From the NCBI GenBank assembly GCA_030648395.1, contig JAUSHW010000006.1, positions 1-40,971 of the forward strand: 40,971 nt of DNA. Direction: 5' to 3'. Of the stretch, positions 28,452 through 38,719 are shown in pieces (the first letter of the stretch is position 1; each line of letters begins with the position of its first letter). The notes beneath the pieces are model-generated. The model saw only the letters and a program-made list of their open reading frames with translations. It was not told where the DNA came from and did no database searches. A program made the position numbers and the translations under genes. This stretch comes from Nitrospirales bacterium. Its GTDB lineage: Bacteria > Nitrospirota > Nitrospiria > Nitrospirales > NS-4.

Positions 28452-29954
28452 TCAAATCATCACGATATCGTACTGCTCGATGTGGAGGGTCGGGTCGGGC
28501 TTGACGACGACCTTGACCTTCCGCTCGCGCTCGAGGCCGGCGATGGTTCCGGCCTCCTCGTCCGCCAGCATCGAGGCGACGCTGGGATGGGCGCCGATGA
28601 CGACCGTGCGCTCGTCCGGCAGGGGCTCCAGGCGCCGGATGTCGCGGAACAGTTCGTAGCAGATCGTGGTCGGGTCCTTGGTGTAGGCACGGCCCTCGCA
28701 GTAGTGGCAGGGCTCGGAGAGCGCGCGGTAGAGATCCTCCCGCACGCGCTCGCGCGACATCTCCACGAGGCCCAGCTCCGAGACGCGCAGGATACGCGTC
28801 CGGGCCTTGTCGGTGGCGAGCGCGTCGTTGAGCGCCTGGAAGACCTTCTCCCGGTTACGCTCGCGGTCCATGTCGATGAAGTCGATGATGATGATCCCCC
28901 CGATGCTCCGCAGCTTGAGCTGGTAGGAGATCTCCTTCACGGCTTCCAGATTGGTCTTCGTGATGGTCTCCTCGAGATCCCGCTTGCCGACGAAGCGGCC
29001 CGTGTTGACGTCGACGACGGTCATTGCCTCGGTATGGTCGATCACGATGTGCCCGCCCGACTTCAGCCAGACTTTGCGCGCGGTGGCCTTGGCAATCTCG
29101 GATTCGAGATCGAAGTGGTCGAAGATCGGCTCGTCCTTGGTGTAGTAATGGATGCGCGACAGCAGTTCGGGCAGGTAGCGGTTCACGAATTCCCGGATCG
29201 CGTCGTAATCGGACTTGGAGTCCACCCAGAGATGCTGGACGTCCTTCGTGAAGTGGTCGCGGACCGTCCGGAAGACCAGATCCAGGTCGTTATGCAGGAG
29301 GGCCGGCGCCTTGAGGCGGCCCTCCTTCTCCAGAATGTCCTCCCACGAGGCCTGCAGGAACTCGACGTCTGCGCGGAGCTCGTCGTCCGTCACGCCCTCG
29401 CTGACGGTCCGCACGATGTAGCCGGAGCCCGGCTTGCGGAGTTTCAGCATGAGCTGCTTCAGGCGGGCCCGTTCCTCGTTGCTGCCGATCCGGCGCGAGA
29501 TGCCGATATGCTCGACGTGGGGGAGGAAGACCAGGAAGCGGCCCGGGAGGGAGACGTAGGACGTCACCCGCGAGCCCTTGGTGCCGATCGGCCCCTTGGT
29601 GACCTGGACCATGAGCTCCTGGCCCTCGTCCAGGAGTTCCTCGATGGGCTTCGCGCTGTGGCGCTTGGGCTTCGGGACCTCGGAGGCTTTCTCGTCCTCT
29701 TCCAGCAGCGTGTCTTCCGCGCCGATCCCGCCGGTCAGCTCGGAGACGTGCATGAACGCGGCCTTGTCCTGCCCGATGTCGACGAAGGCGGCCTGCAGGC
29801 CCGGGAGGACCTTGACGACCTTGCCCTTATAGACGTTGCCGACGAAGTCCCGCTGCTTGATCCGATCGATGTAGAGATCCGTGAGGATCTTTCTGTCGAG
29901 CACGGCCACGCGGGTCTCTTCCCGCGCGACATTGATGATGATCTCCAACCCCAT
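28452..29954 (-). CDS. rng: Ribonuclease G (Rne/Rng family)
   Basis: S1 domain VGNVYKGKVVKVLPGLQAAFVDIG. Catalytic region IVIDHTEAMTVVDVNTGRF...GIIIIDFIDM. An AAGGAG Shine-Dalgarno sequence lies 8 nt before the ATG at 29954; the ORF track starts at a GTG at 29963. Confidence 0.9.
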   Translation of the reverse strand: MGLEIIINVAREETRVAVLDRKILTDLYIDRIKQRDFVGNVYKGKVVKVLPGLQAAFVDIGQDKAAFMHVSELTGGIGAEDTLLEEDEKASEVPKPKRHSAKPIEELLDEGQELMVQVTKGPIGTKGSRVTSYVSLPGRFLVFLPHVEHIGISRRIGSNEERARLKQLMLKLRKPGSGYIVRTVSEGVTDDELRADVEFLQASWEDILEKEGRLKAPALLHNDLDLVFRTVRDHFTKDVQHLWVDSKSDYDAIREFVNRYLPELLSRIHYYTKDEPIFDHFDLESEIAKATARKVWLKSGGHIVIDHTEAMTVVDVNTGRFVGKRDLEETITKTNLEAVKEISYQLKLRSIGGIIIIDFIDMDRERNREKVFQALNDALATDKARTRILRVSELGLVEMSRERVREDLYRALSEPCHYCEGRAYTKDPTTICYELFRDIRRLEPLPDERTVVIGAHPSVASMLADEEAGTIAGLERERKVKVVVKPDPTLHIEQYDIVMI

Positions 29955-30047
29955 ATGCAACACTCCTTGGCAGACCGGTGTAGCGGGCGCGATAGCGACT
30001 CATGTCGTCCATCTTAATCCGTTAGACCCGCCTGCCGTCAAAAGGTT

Positions 30048-30075
30048 AAAAACTCGCGTGCCCCCCACGGGGGGC
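30048..30075 (-). terminator. Candidate intrinsic terminator after rodA
   Basis: On the minus-strand RNA: GCCCCCC-GU-GGGGGGC hairpin (30060-30075), then a 7-nt spacer and UUUUU (30048-52). The U tract is not adjacent to the stem, so this is only moderately convincing. Confidence 0.4.
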
Positions 30076-30078
30076 CAA

Positions 30079-31191
30079 TCAGTAAAACAGTGTCAAACGT
30101 CGTCGTTTCACGTTTAGGAGCAGCCCCAGGGCCGCCATCGAGGTCACGGTGGTCGTCCCGCCGTAGCTCATCAGCGGGAGCGGGATGCCGACGATCGGGA
30201 AGATTCCCATCGTCATGCCCACATTGACCATCAGGCAGAAGCCCAGCGTCGAGAGGACGCCGGCGGCCAGAAGCAGGCCCAGCGGGTCCCTGGCCTTGAA
30301 GGCAATCTCGGAGGCCAGGAAGATCAGGGCCGCAAACAACAGGAACAGGACGAGGACGCCGATGAAGCCCCATTGCTCGGCGAAGACCGCAAAGACGAAA
30401 TCCGTATGGCCTTCGGGGAGAAACTTGAGACGGCTCTGCGTGGCTTCGTCGAGGCCCTTGCCGAGCAGGCCGCCCGCCCCGATGGCGATGCGGGCCTGCA
30501 GGGCGTGATAGCCCTTGCCGGCGGGATCGATCATGGGATCCCAGAAGGTCAGGATGCGCTCGCGCTGGTAGTCGTGCAACGACGTCCAGATGAGCTCCCA
30601 GGCGAACGGGAACAGCATCGAGGTGAAGAGGATGCCCATGCCAAGGGCCTTGGCATGCAGGCCGCTTACCAGCACCATCGAGACGAAGATGAACGTGAAG
30701 CTCATCGCGGTCCCGAGGTCCGGCTGCTTGAGGATCAGCAGGAGTCCGGGCAGTGTCAGCAGGCCGGGCACGATCACGCGCTGAACCCAGCCGGACCGCT
30801 GCACGTCGGCGAAGTACTTGGCCAGCACCAGCACGAGCGCCAGCTTGGCCACTTCCGACGGCTGGAAGGCGATGGGCCCCAGCGAGAACCAGCGCTGCGC
30901 GCCCCGGCTGGACTTGCCCATCACCAGGACCAGCGCCAGGACGATCAGCATCACCGCGTACAGGACGTAGGCGTGCCGGGCCAGCTTGTGGTAGTCGATG
31001 GCGATGGCCGCCAGGAAGGCCAGCGTGCCGATCAGGATCCAGGCCAGCTGCTTGGCGTACAGCGGGGTCTGCCCTCCCGGCGCCGGGCCCGGCGCGACGC
31101 TGTAAATGGAGATCACCCCGACGGCGAGGATGCCCATCGCCACGAGGACGAACCGCCACTCAAAATTGTCCGGTGTTCTGATGTCGATCAT
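30079..31191 (-). CDS. rodA: Rod shape-determining peptidoglycan glycosyltransferase RodA (SEDS family)
   Basis: A 10-TM FtsW/RodA/SpoVE pattern: QPSEVAKLALVLVLAKY, PDLGTAM, FVFAVFAEQWGFIGV and GIPLPLMSYGGT. It lies downstream of mrdA. Confidence 0.92.
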   Translation of the reverse strand: MIDIRTPDNFEWRFVLVAMGILAVGVISIYSVAPGPAPGGQTPLYAKQLAWILIGTLAFLAAIAIDYHKLARHAYVLYAVMLIVLALVLVMGKSSRGAQRWFSLGPIAFQPSEVAKLALVLVLAKYFADVQRSGWVQRVIVPGLLTLPGLLLILKQPDLGTAMSFTFIFVSMVLVSGLHAKALGMGILFTSMLFPFAWELIWTSLHDYQRERILTFWDPMIDPAGKGYHALQARIAIGAGGLLGKGLDEATQSRLKFLPEGHTDFVFAVFAEQWGFIGVLVLFLLFAALIFLASEIAFKARDPLGLLLAAGVLSTLGFCLMVNVGMTMGIFPIVGIPLPLMSYGGTTTVTSMAALGLLLNVKRRRLTLFY

Positions 31192-33010
31192 CGGTGTCCG
31201 AAACTTTCAGGTATTCCTCGATCAGGGCCTTCGCGATCGGCGCGGCGAACGTGCCGCCGTGGCCGATATTTTCGACGATGACGGCCACCGCGATCCTGGG
31301 CGCGTCCGCCGGCGCGTAGGCCACGAACCAGGCGTGATCGCGGAACTGCTTGGGGACAGCCTCATGATTCGTGCCCGTCTGCACGGCGCGCGCGCCCACT
31401 GTCTGGGCCGTGCCGGTCTTGCCGGCGATCTCCACGATCTTTGAGCGGGCGCGTCCGCCGGTGCCGCGCGTGACGACCCCGTGCAGGGCCTCATGCAGCA
31501 GGGCGAACGTGCGGTCTTGCAGCGGGACGGTCCCGCGGTCCTGCGGCGGGATCTCCCGGAGGCGGCTGGTCGCCCGCTCGCGGACGGCGCGCACCAACCG
31601 CGGCTTGTACAGGGTGCCGCCGTTGGCGGCCGCCGCTGTGGCCACGGCCATCTGCAGCGGGGTCACCGTGACGTAGCCCTGCCCGATGGCCACCGAAATG
31701 GTTTCGCCGGCGTACCACGGCTCTTTCCGGACGCGCTGCTTCCACTCGGTGGAGGGGACGATCCCGACGCGCTCGGACGGCAGGTCGATGCCGGTGGGCT
31801 GTCCCAGCCCGAACCAGCGCGCCGTCTCCGCGATCGCGTCGATCCCCAGCCGGTGGCCGATGTTGTAAAAATACACATCGCACGAATTGACGATCGCCTG
31901 GTCCATATCCATGACGCCGTGCCCGCCCTTCTTCCAGTCCCTGAACGTGTGGTTGCCGGACTGGAAAGAGCCGGTGCAGCGAACCTTGGTGTCTGAGGAC
32001 CACTTGTCCGATTCGAGGGCGGCTGAGGCGACGACGATCTTGAACGTGGAGCCGGGCGGGTATTGCCCCTGCAGGGCCCGGTTGGTCAGCGGGTGGCGCG
32101 GGTCCGTCACAATCTGCTCCCACACCGCGGCGGTGAGGCCGCGCGACAGGGTATTGGGGTCGAAGGTGGGGCGGCTCGCCAGCACCAGCACGTCGCCGTT
32201 TGTGGTGTCCAGCGCGACGACCGCACCGGCCTCCTCGCCCAGGAGGGATTCGGCCATCTGCTGCATGCGCATGTCGAGGCTGAGATAGAGGTCATCGCCG
32301 GGCGTCTGTTCCACAACCCCGACCGTTTTCCGCTCGTTGCCCCGCGCGTCCACTTCGATGGTCTTTTCGCCGGCCGTGCCCCGGATCATGCGATCGTACG
32401 TCTTCTCGACGCCCGCCTTGCCCACCATGCTGCTCTGGGGAAGGCCCGCGAAGGCCGGCTCGTCCTGCTGTTCGGGCGAGACCTCGCCGACGTAGCCGAG
32501 GAGGTGCCCTCCCAGCGAGCCCTGCGGATAGTTGCGCTGGGACTCGGCCTGGATCCGCAGCCCCGGCAGATCGAGGCGGTGGCCTTCGATGAGCGCGGCC
32601 TCGCGGAGCGTGAGGCCGGCTTTCACCAGGATGGGCACATACGACCTCGCCTGAAGGGCCAGCCGTTTTTTGGTCTCGGCGCGGGGCAGGCCGAGTAGGT
32701 CCTCCAGGGCGGCGGCCAGGCCTTCCCGGTCCCGGATGTCTTCCACGGTGAGGTAGAGGTTGAAGCTGGGGACGTTGTTGGCGAGCAGTTCCCCGTGGCG
32801 GTCGAAGATCAGGCCCCGTGCCGGCTTCAGGTCCACCGTGCGGATGCGGTTCTGTTCCGAGAGCGCGCGGTAGTAGTCGCCCTTGACGACCTGCAGGTAC
32901 CACAGGCGCACGGAGAGGAACAGCAGCCCCAGCAACAGGCCGAGGCGCAGGTACAGCAGCCGGCGCTGCAGGTTCTTGAAGTCCTCGTGCTGGGTGGTGA
33001 ACTTACTCAT
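31160..33010 (-). CDS. mrdA: Penicillin-binding protein 2 (elongasome transpeptidase)
   Basis: N-terminal anchor and dimerisation domain. Transpeptidase motifs STFK (PPGSTFKIV), SxN (VNSCDV) and KTGT (AGKTGTAQ). Confidence 0.93.
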   Translation of the reverse strand: MSKFTTQHEDFKNLQRRLLYLRLGLLLGLLFLSVRLWYLQVVKGDYYRALSEQNRIRTVDLKPARGLIFDRHGELLANNVPSFNLYLTVEDIRDREGLAAALEDLLGLPRAETKKRLALQARSYVPILVKAGLTLREAALIEGHRLDLPGLRIQAESQRNYPQGSLGGHLLGYVGEVSPEQQDEPAFAGLPQSSMVGKAGVEKTYDRMIRGTAGEKTIEVDARGNERKTVGVVEQTPGDDLYLSLDMRMQQMAESLLGEEAGAVVALDTTNGDVLVLASRPTFDPNTLSRGLTAAVWEQIVTDPRHPLTNRALQGQYPPGSTFKIVVASAALESDKWSSDTKVRCTGSFQSGNHTFRDWKKGGHGVMDMDQAIVNSCDVYFYNIGHRLGIDAIAETARWFGLGQPTGIDLPSERVGIVPSTEWKQRVRKEPWYAGETISVAIGQGYVTVTPLQMAVATAAAANGGTLYKPRLVRAVRERATSRLREIPPQDRGTVPLQDRTFALLHEALHGVVTRGTGGRARSKIVEIAGKTGTAQTVGARAVQTGTNHEAVPKQFRDHAWFVAYAPADAPRIAVAVIVENIGHGGTFAAPIAKALIEEYLKVSDTDDRHQNTGQF

Positions 33011-33509
33011 AGGTGAAGGCCGTCAGCGGTGTGCGGCGCGGCTTCCACAGCCGGATGAGCTTGAAGGCGGCCAGGCCGAGGATCGCGTCATAGCAGGCCT
33101 GCGGCAGGATGATCCCGCGCGCTGACAGGAAGAAGCTTGTGCCCGATCCCGCAAAGGACTTCAGCAGGTACATGACGGAGCCGGAGAGGAGCGAGAGCCC
33201 CAGCATGAGCGTCAGCACAAAGGCCCAGGTCAGGTTGACCAGGTTGCGCCTGGCCAGCCCGGCCATCAGGCCGAGGACCGGTTTCAGGCAGAGGTTGCCC
33301 CAGAGGGCGCCGCCCGAGAAGAGGTCCTGGGCGAATCCCATCGCGAGTCCGGCCAGCACCGTTTCCATCTCGCCCCGGTACAGTCCGATCAGGCACACGG
33401 TGACGAGCGCCAGATCCGGGCGGATCCCGGCGATGCTGATCCGGTCGAGCAGCACGATCTGGATCGGAATGACCAGCAGGACCAGCGCGATGTAGGCGGC
33501 GACCTTCAT
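33003..33509 (-). CDS. mreD: Rod shape-determining protein MreD
   Basis: 168-aa polytopic membrane protein immediately after mreC (ATGA overlap) and before mrdA. RPDLALVTVCLIGLYRG is typical of MreD. Confidence 0.8.
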   Translation of the reverse strand: MKVAAYIALVLLVIPIQIVLLDRISIAGIRPDLALVTVCLIGLYRGEMETVLAGLAMGFAQDLFSGGALWGNLCLKPVLGLMAGLARRNLVNLTWAFVLTLMLGLSLLSGSVMYLLKSFAGSGTSFFLSARGIILPQACYDAILGLAAFKLIRLWKPRRTPLTAFTYE

Positions 33510-34399
33510 CGCTGGTCCCCCGCGTCGCGTCTGGCCGGGGGCTGCAGGGGGAACGGCATGGGCGGGAGCTGTGTCGACTCGCGCGGCGATGTGACGACGA
33601 GCACCTCCTCGATTTTGGCGAAGTCGGTGTCCGGCGCGATTTCGGCGGAGAGGAACAGTTCTGCCTCGCGCCGCTCAATCTTGGTGATGGTGCCGATCGG
33701 CAGGCCTCGGGGAAAGCCGCCCGCCAGGCCGGACGTTACCACCTGGTCGCCGACTTTGACGGTGGAAAGTAGCGGGAGATACTTGATGCGGGTGAGGCCC
33801 TTCTCCGTGCCCTCCACGATGCCTTCGTCCCGCGTGCGCTGCACCAGTCCCGTGACCGCGTTGTTCGGGTCGATGAGCAGCAGGACGATCGCGAAGCGGT
33901 CATAGGCCTTCACGATCCGGCCGATGATTCCCGCCGGCGTCACGACGCCCATATCGACAGCCAGGCCGTCGCCCGCGCCCTTGTTGATGACGATGCTACG
34001 GTACCAGTTGGAGGGATCCCGGCCGACCACCTGCGCGGAGACCGTGGGATAGGGAAGCCGCTCCCTCAGCTCCAGCAGGTCGCGCAGGCGCGTGGACGCG
34101 GCGGCCGTCTCGTGCATGCGCGTGTTCTCCTGCCGCAGGCGCGCGATTTCCTGGCGCAGCGTGAAATTCTCCTCCCGCACATGCTGCAGGGTCCCATAGC
34201 GGGTCCACATGCCGTCGATGCCCTGGTTGACCCACTCCAGCGCGCGCAGAGGAATGGAGACAGCGGCGGCCATGTGCCGGCCGAGCGCCAGCACGGGTTC
34301 CTGGCGGGACTCCGGCAGCAGCAGCAGCGCGGTGATCAGCAGGGCAAGCAGCAGGAGGACGGTCCGCTTGCCACCGGCGATGGAGTGTAGAGAGATCAT
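33506..34399 (-). CDS. mreC: Rod shape-determining protein MreC
   Basis: N-terminal anchor, coiled coil (LRQEIARLRQENTRM) and beta domains (VVGRDPSNWYRSIVINKGAGDGL...VVTSGLAGGFPRGLPIG). Confidence 0.88.
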   Translation of the reverse strand: MISLHSIAGGKRTVLLLLALLITALLLLPESRQEPVLALGRHMAAAVSIPLRALEWVNQGIDGMWTRYGTLQHVREENFTLRQEIARLRQENTRMHETAAASTRLRDLLELRERLPYPTVSAQVVGRDPSNWYRSIVINKGAGDGLAVDMGVVTPAGIIGRIVKAYDRFAIVLLLIDPNNAVTGLVQRTRDEGIVEGTEKGLTRIKYLPLLSTVKVGDQVVTSGLAGGFPRGLPIGTITKIERREAELFLSAEIAPDTDFAKIEEVLVVTSPRESTQLPPMPFPLQPPARRDAGDQR

Positions 34400-34420
34400 G
34401 TCCCCGGCCGGTTCGCCGCG

Positions 34421-35482
<1,062 letters not shown>

Positions 35483-36031
35483 TTACGTCTGGGACTCCAC
35501 ATCGAAGATCGTTTCGTCGACGACCTGCGTGTGAGCCAACTCATCGCCGATCCGCAAACCATGCGCGTTGCCGATAATCAGAAGCGCCTCAATGCCAAGG
35601 ATGGCGACGGTACCCAGCCATCCCACGTAGGGAACCTGGAAGATGACGTAGCCGGTGGCGAGCGGCACGTTCCGGATGATCGAGTCCTTGAATCCGGCCG
35701 GCGCGCGCAGCTCAGGGGCCCAGGTCTGGAGCCCAATGAGACGTTTGCCGATGCTGCGCCCGGCAAAGCCGTCTGCGACCAGCACGTACCACAGAGCCAC
35801 CCAGAAGCCGTAGGGTGGCGCCAACTCCCCAACTCCCAACACGATCAATACGTCCAATGACTTGGCGATGAAGCGGTGGAGGACCGTGGCCTTGGGAAAC
35901 ACCTGAACGGGCGTTCGTTCCTGCTGCTTGTCGAGGATGCCCCCCGTTTCCGGCAAGTGTCCTGCTCCTACTTCAGGAATGGATTGTAGCAAAAAACATG
36001 CAGTAAGACAAATAGTTGGGCGGCGTTGCAA
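35483..36031 (-). CDS. RDD-family membrane protein (first gene of the mre operon)
   Basis: HRFIAKSLDVLIVLGV...VLVADGFAGRSIGKRLIGLQ...IRNVP... fits the RDD-domain topology. It ends 12 nt before mreB. The TTG start at 36031 is uncertain. Confidence 0.65.
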   Translation of the reverse strand: MQRRPTICLTACFLLQSIPEVGAGHLPETGGILDKQQERTPVQVFPKATVLHRFIAKSLDVLIVLGVGELAPPYGFWVALWYVLVADGFAGRSIGKRLIGLQTWAPELRAPAGFKDSIIRNVPLATGYVIFQVPYVGWLGTVAILGIEALLIIGNAHGLRIGDELAHTQVVDETIFDVESQT

Positions 36032-36089
36032 GGCGGCCCCCTGTTGGTTACAATAGGCACGACTTTTGTGTAAGGGAGGAGCGCGCGCG

Positions 36090-36797
36090 ATGTTAAAGAT
36101 TATCCGGGAAAGCGCGATTGAACGGCCGTGGTTCTATCGGACCGTCATGGGCCTGATCGCGGTGGTGTTTATCCTCACGATGGGCTGGTGGGGATTCGAG
36201 GAGAACAAAGAGGACGTCATCGTCAGCGTCGGCGACGAGCGCGTGGCGCGCGAGGAATACCTGCGCCTCCTGGAGAACATGACCCGCTTCTACAAGGAAA
36301 TGATGCCGGGCGGCGACAAGATGCCGGAAGACCAGCTCAAGCAAATGGTGGTCGATCAGCTGATCGATTCCCGCCTCTGGACGCAGGCGGCCCGCGAGAT
36401 GGGCGTGATCGTAACGGCCAATGAAGTGCGGGAATCGATCATGAAGATCCCGGCTTTCCAGCACAACGGGACGTTCGACCCGGAGCAGTACAAGCGCCTG
36501 TTGGCGCAGAACCGCCTGACGCCCGAACTCTTTGAGACGTCGCACCGTGGCGACCTGCTGCGCGAAAAGGCGCGGATGCTGGTTCGCGAATCCGTGGCTC
36601 CGACCACGGATGAGCTGTCCGAAGTCCAGGCCCTGCTGGCCGCCCAGCCGACGCCGTCCGTCCCGATGCAGGGGGGGCCATCGTCTGATCGCGCGGCGCA
36701 AGCCGTGCTGGCACAGAAGCAGCAGCGGACGCTCATGGCCTATCTGGAAGCGCTGAAGGCCCGGAGCAAGATCATCGTCCGCCGGGAGCTGATGTAA
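36090..36797 (+). CDS. SurA N-terminal domain-containing (PpiD-like) periplasmic chaperone
   Basis: AAGGGAGGA Shine-Dalgarno sequence, then the ATG at 36090. TM anchor (FYRTVMGLIAVVFILTMGWW). Followed by VGDERVAREEYLRLLENMTRFYKEMM...QMVVDQLIDSRLWTQAAREMGVIVTANEV...FDPEQYKRLLAQNRLTPELFE. No PPIase domain. Confidence 0.7.
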   Translation: MLKIIRESAIERPWFYRTVMGLIAVVFILTMGWWGFEENKEDVIVSVGDERVAREEYLRLLENMTRFYKEMMPGGDKMPEDQLKQMVVDQLIDSRLWTQAAREMGVIVTANEVRESIMKIPAFQHNGTFDPEQYKRLLAQNRLTPELFETSHRGDLLREKARMLVRESVAPTTDELSEVQALLAAQPTPSVPMQGGPSSDRAAQAVLAQKQQRTLMAYLEALKARSKIIVRRELM

Positions 36798-36806
36798 GGG
36801 GAGCCC

Positions 36807-37112
36807 ATGGCAATCTCAGTCCCCAAGGGAGACACAGGCGGCGGCAGGGGACGAAGCCTGGTCGTGATGTCGAAGGAAGTCATGGAAGGCTATGTTTCCC
36901 TGAACCCGCTGGTGCTGAAGAAATTCGACGCCGCGGCGTTCAAGGAAATGCACCAGCTTCTTCGCAAATTACAAATAACCGTTCGCTCGGCGGGGGTCGA
37001 TCTCGCCAACCAGGAAGCCACCCGCACCCGCAATCAGAAAATGCAGCGGCTGCACCAGGCGATGTCCGTGCTCGAAATCCAGGCGAAGCTGAAAAAGATT
37101 CTCTTGGGGTGA
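36807..37112 (+). CDS. Hypothetical small protein (101 aa)
   Basis: High third-position GC. GGGGAG lies just upstream of the ATG. Helical and basic. No motif recognised. Confidence 0.45.
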   Translation: MAISVPKGDTGGGRGRSLVVMSKEVMEGYVSLNPLVLKKFDAAAFKEMHQLLRKLQITVRSAGVDLANQEATRTRNQKMQRLHQAMSVLEIQAKLKKILLG

Positions 37113-37147
37113 GTCGCGGGTAGTACCCCGCTTGCCGGGCCCTTCGG

Positions 37148-37564
37148 CTAGGCGTTTCCGCTCGGCCCACCTGCGACGTCCTGCTCCTCTTCTCCTGCGT
37201 CGTCCTTCTTCCGCATCGTCCCGAATCCCAGGTCGAGCAACGGCTTCTCGTCGGCGAGCGTAAGGGAATGCCCGCAGCACTCCATGTGCTCGAGGCCCTG
37301 CCCGCCGTCCATGATCATCAGGCGCAGGCCGCAGGATGACGGGTGGCTTTTCTTCTCGTCGATGATGAAGCCGACGCCCTTTTGGCCCATCTTCCGTCCG
37401 TGCTGTTTGATGGGGGCGGACACCACGTCCTCCCGGGTCAATTCGTGCCCGCAGCAGACGATCTTCGTAAAGCCGTCCCCGCCGCTCATCACCTTGACGA
37501 CCAGCCCGCAACTGCCCGGGAATCGCTTGTACTCGTCGATGATGTCACCCTTCTTCAATCCCAT
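37148..37564 (-). CDS. Tandem desulforedoxin-like (Dfx N-terminal-type) domain protein with degenerate first Cys pair
   Basis: Two repeats: IIDEYKRFPGSCGLVVKVMSGGDGFTKIVCCGHELT and IIDEKKSHPSSCGLRLMIMDGGQGLEHMECCGHSLT. Compare D. gigas desulforedoxin (from memory): [28 protein letters not shown]. Confidence 0.6.
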   Translation of the reverse strand: MGLKKGDIIDEYKRFPGSCGLVVKVMSGGDGFTKIVCCGHELTREDVVSAPIKQHGRKMGQKGVGFIIDEKKSHPSSCGLRLMIMDGGQGLEHMECCGHSLTLADEKPLLDLGFGTMRKKDDAGEEEQDVAGGPSGNA

Positions 37565-37629
37565 GATCGGCCCTTTCGTGTTGGTCTTGGTTGCAGGGGC
37601 AGGCAGGCCGCGCCCCTGAGAATGATCGG

Positions 37630-38718
37630 TCAGACGGCGGCGTCCGCAGCCTCGCGGATGGCGTGGGCGACCGCGCGGTGCTCTTTCGTCCCCACGCGCT
37701 TGGCCGCGTGCTTGGGGTCCACCGGCGCGTAGGGGAGGAGGAACCGTTCCTTGGCCTCCAGCACGCGCAAGAGGGCGTGTTCGACCTGCAACTCGGTCAC
37801 GCCCCCGTCCTTGACCGCACGGTAGACCGCCTCCATTGCGGCCACCTGCCGGTCGTGGTCCTTACAGATCAGGAGGATGTCGGCGCCGGCCCGCAACGCG
37901 CGGACCGCGGCGTCCTCGATGCCGTAGTGGTCGATGATCGCGTGCATTTCCAGATCGTCCGTCAGCGCCAGCCCCGTGAAGTGCAATTGCGTGCGGAGCA
38001 GGTCGGTCAGGATCGCCGGAGACAACGTGGCGGGGGCGTGCGGGTCCAGTGCGGGGTATTGAACGTGGGCCGTCATGACGGCAGCCAGCCCGTTCGCGAA
38101 GCAGTGGGCGAAGGGGCGCAGCTCGATCTCGCGCAGACGGTCAATCCCGAGGGAGACCGTCGGCAGCTCTTTATGCGAGTCTGCGGTGGTGTCCCCATGG
38201 CCGGGGAAGTGCTTGCCGCAGGCCAGCACGCCGTTGTCCTGAAGCCCGGCGATCACGGCGAGGCCGAGGGTCTCCACCTGTTCAGGGTCGGCGCCAAACG
38301 CGCGGTCGCCGATGATCGGGTTGCCCGGGTTGGTGTTCACGTCCAGGACCGGCGTCAGGTCCATGTTCACGCCGATCGCGCGCAGTTCCCTGGCAGTGAC
38401 CTCCGCGAAGGAGTAGGCCAGAGCTGCTGCGTTGGCCTGTCCGAGCGCGCCTTGTCCCGGGAACAGGGTGAAGCCCTTCGGGAGGCGCGCGACCCGGCCG
38501 CCCTCCTGATCGATGGACACCAGCAGAGGCAGCTTGGGGGCGAGTTTCTGGAGGGCGTTCGTGAGATGGGCGGCCTGTTCGGGGTCTTCCAGATTACGGC
38601 TGAAGAGGATCACGCCTCCGGGGTGGTAGGTCTTGCAGAGGTCGCGCAGATCCTTGGAAGGCTCGGTCCCGTGGAACCCGAGCATGAAGAGCTGGCCGAT
38701 CTTCTCCCGCAGGGTCAC
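37630..38718 (-). CDS. nagZ: Beta-N-acetylhexosaminidase (GH3, NagZ)
   Basis: REKIGQLFMLGF...GGVILFSRN...SIDQEGGRVARL...KHFPGHGDT. The GTG start lies 1 nt after the pepA stop. Confidence 0.9.
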   Translation of the reverse strand: MTLREKIGQLFMLGFHGTEPSKDLRDLCKTYHPGGVILFSRNLEDPEQAAHLTNALQKLAPKLPLLVSIDQEGGRVARLPKGFTLFPGQGALGQANAAALAYSFAEVTARELRAIGVNMDLTPVLDVNTNPGNPIIGDRAFGADPEQVETLGLAVIAGLQDNGVLACGKHFPGHGDTTADSHKELPTVSLGIDRLREIELRPFAHCFANGLAAVMTAHVQYPALDPHAPATLSPAILTDLLRTQLHFTGLALTDDLEMHAIIDHYGIEDAAVRALRAGADILLICKDHDRQVAAMEAVYRAVKDGGVTELQVEHALLRVLEAKERFLLPYAPVDPKHAAKRVGTKEHRAVAHAIREAADAAV

Positions 38719-38719
38719 G

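Noticed and set aside
37113-37147. Two short GC hairpins (gcggg-tagtac-cccgc; gccg..cggc) between convergent genes
   Set aside because: The stems are only 4-5 bp and have no adjacent U tracts on either strand. They are too weak to call as terminators.
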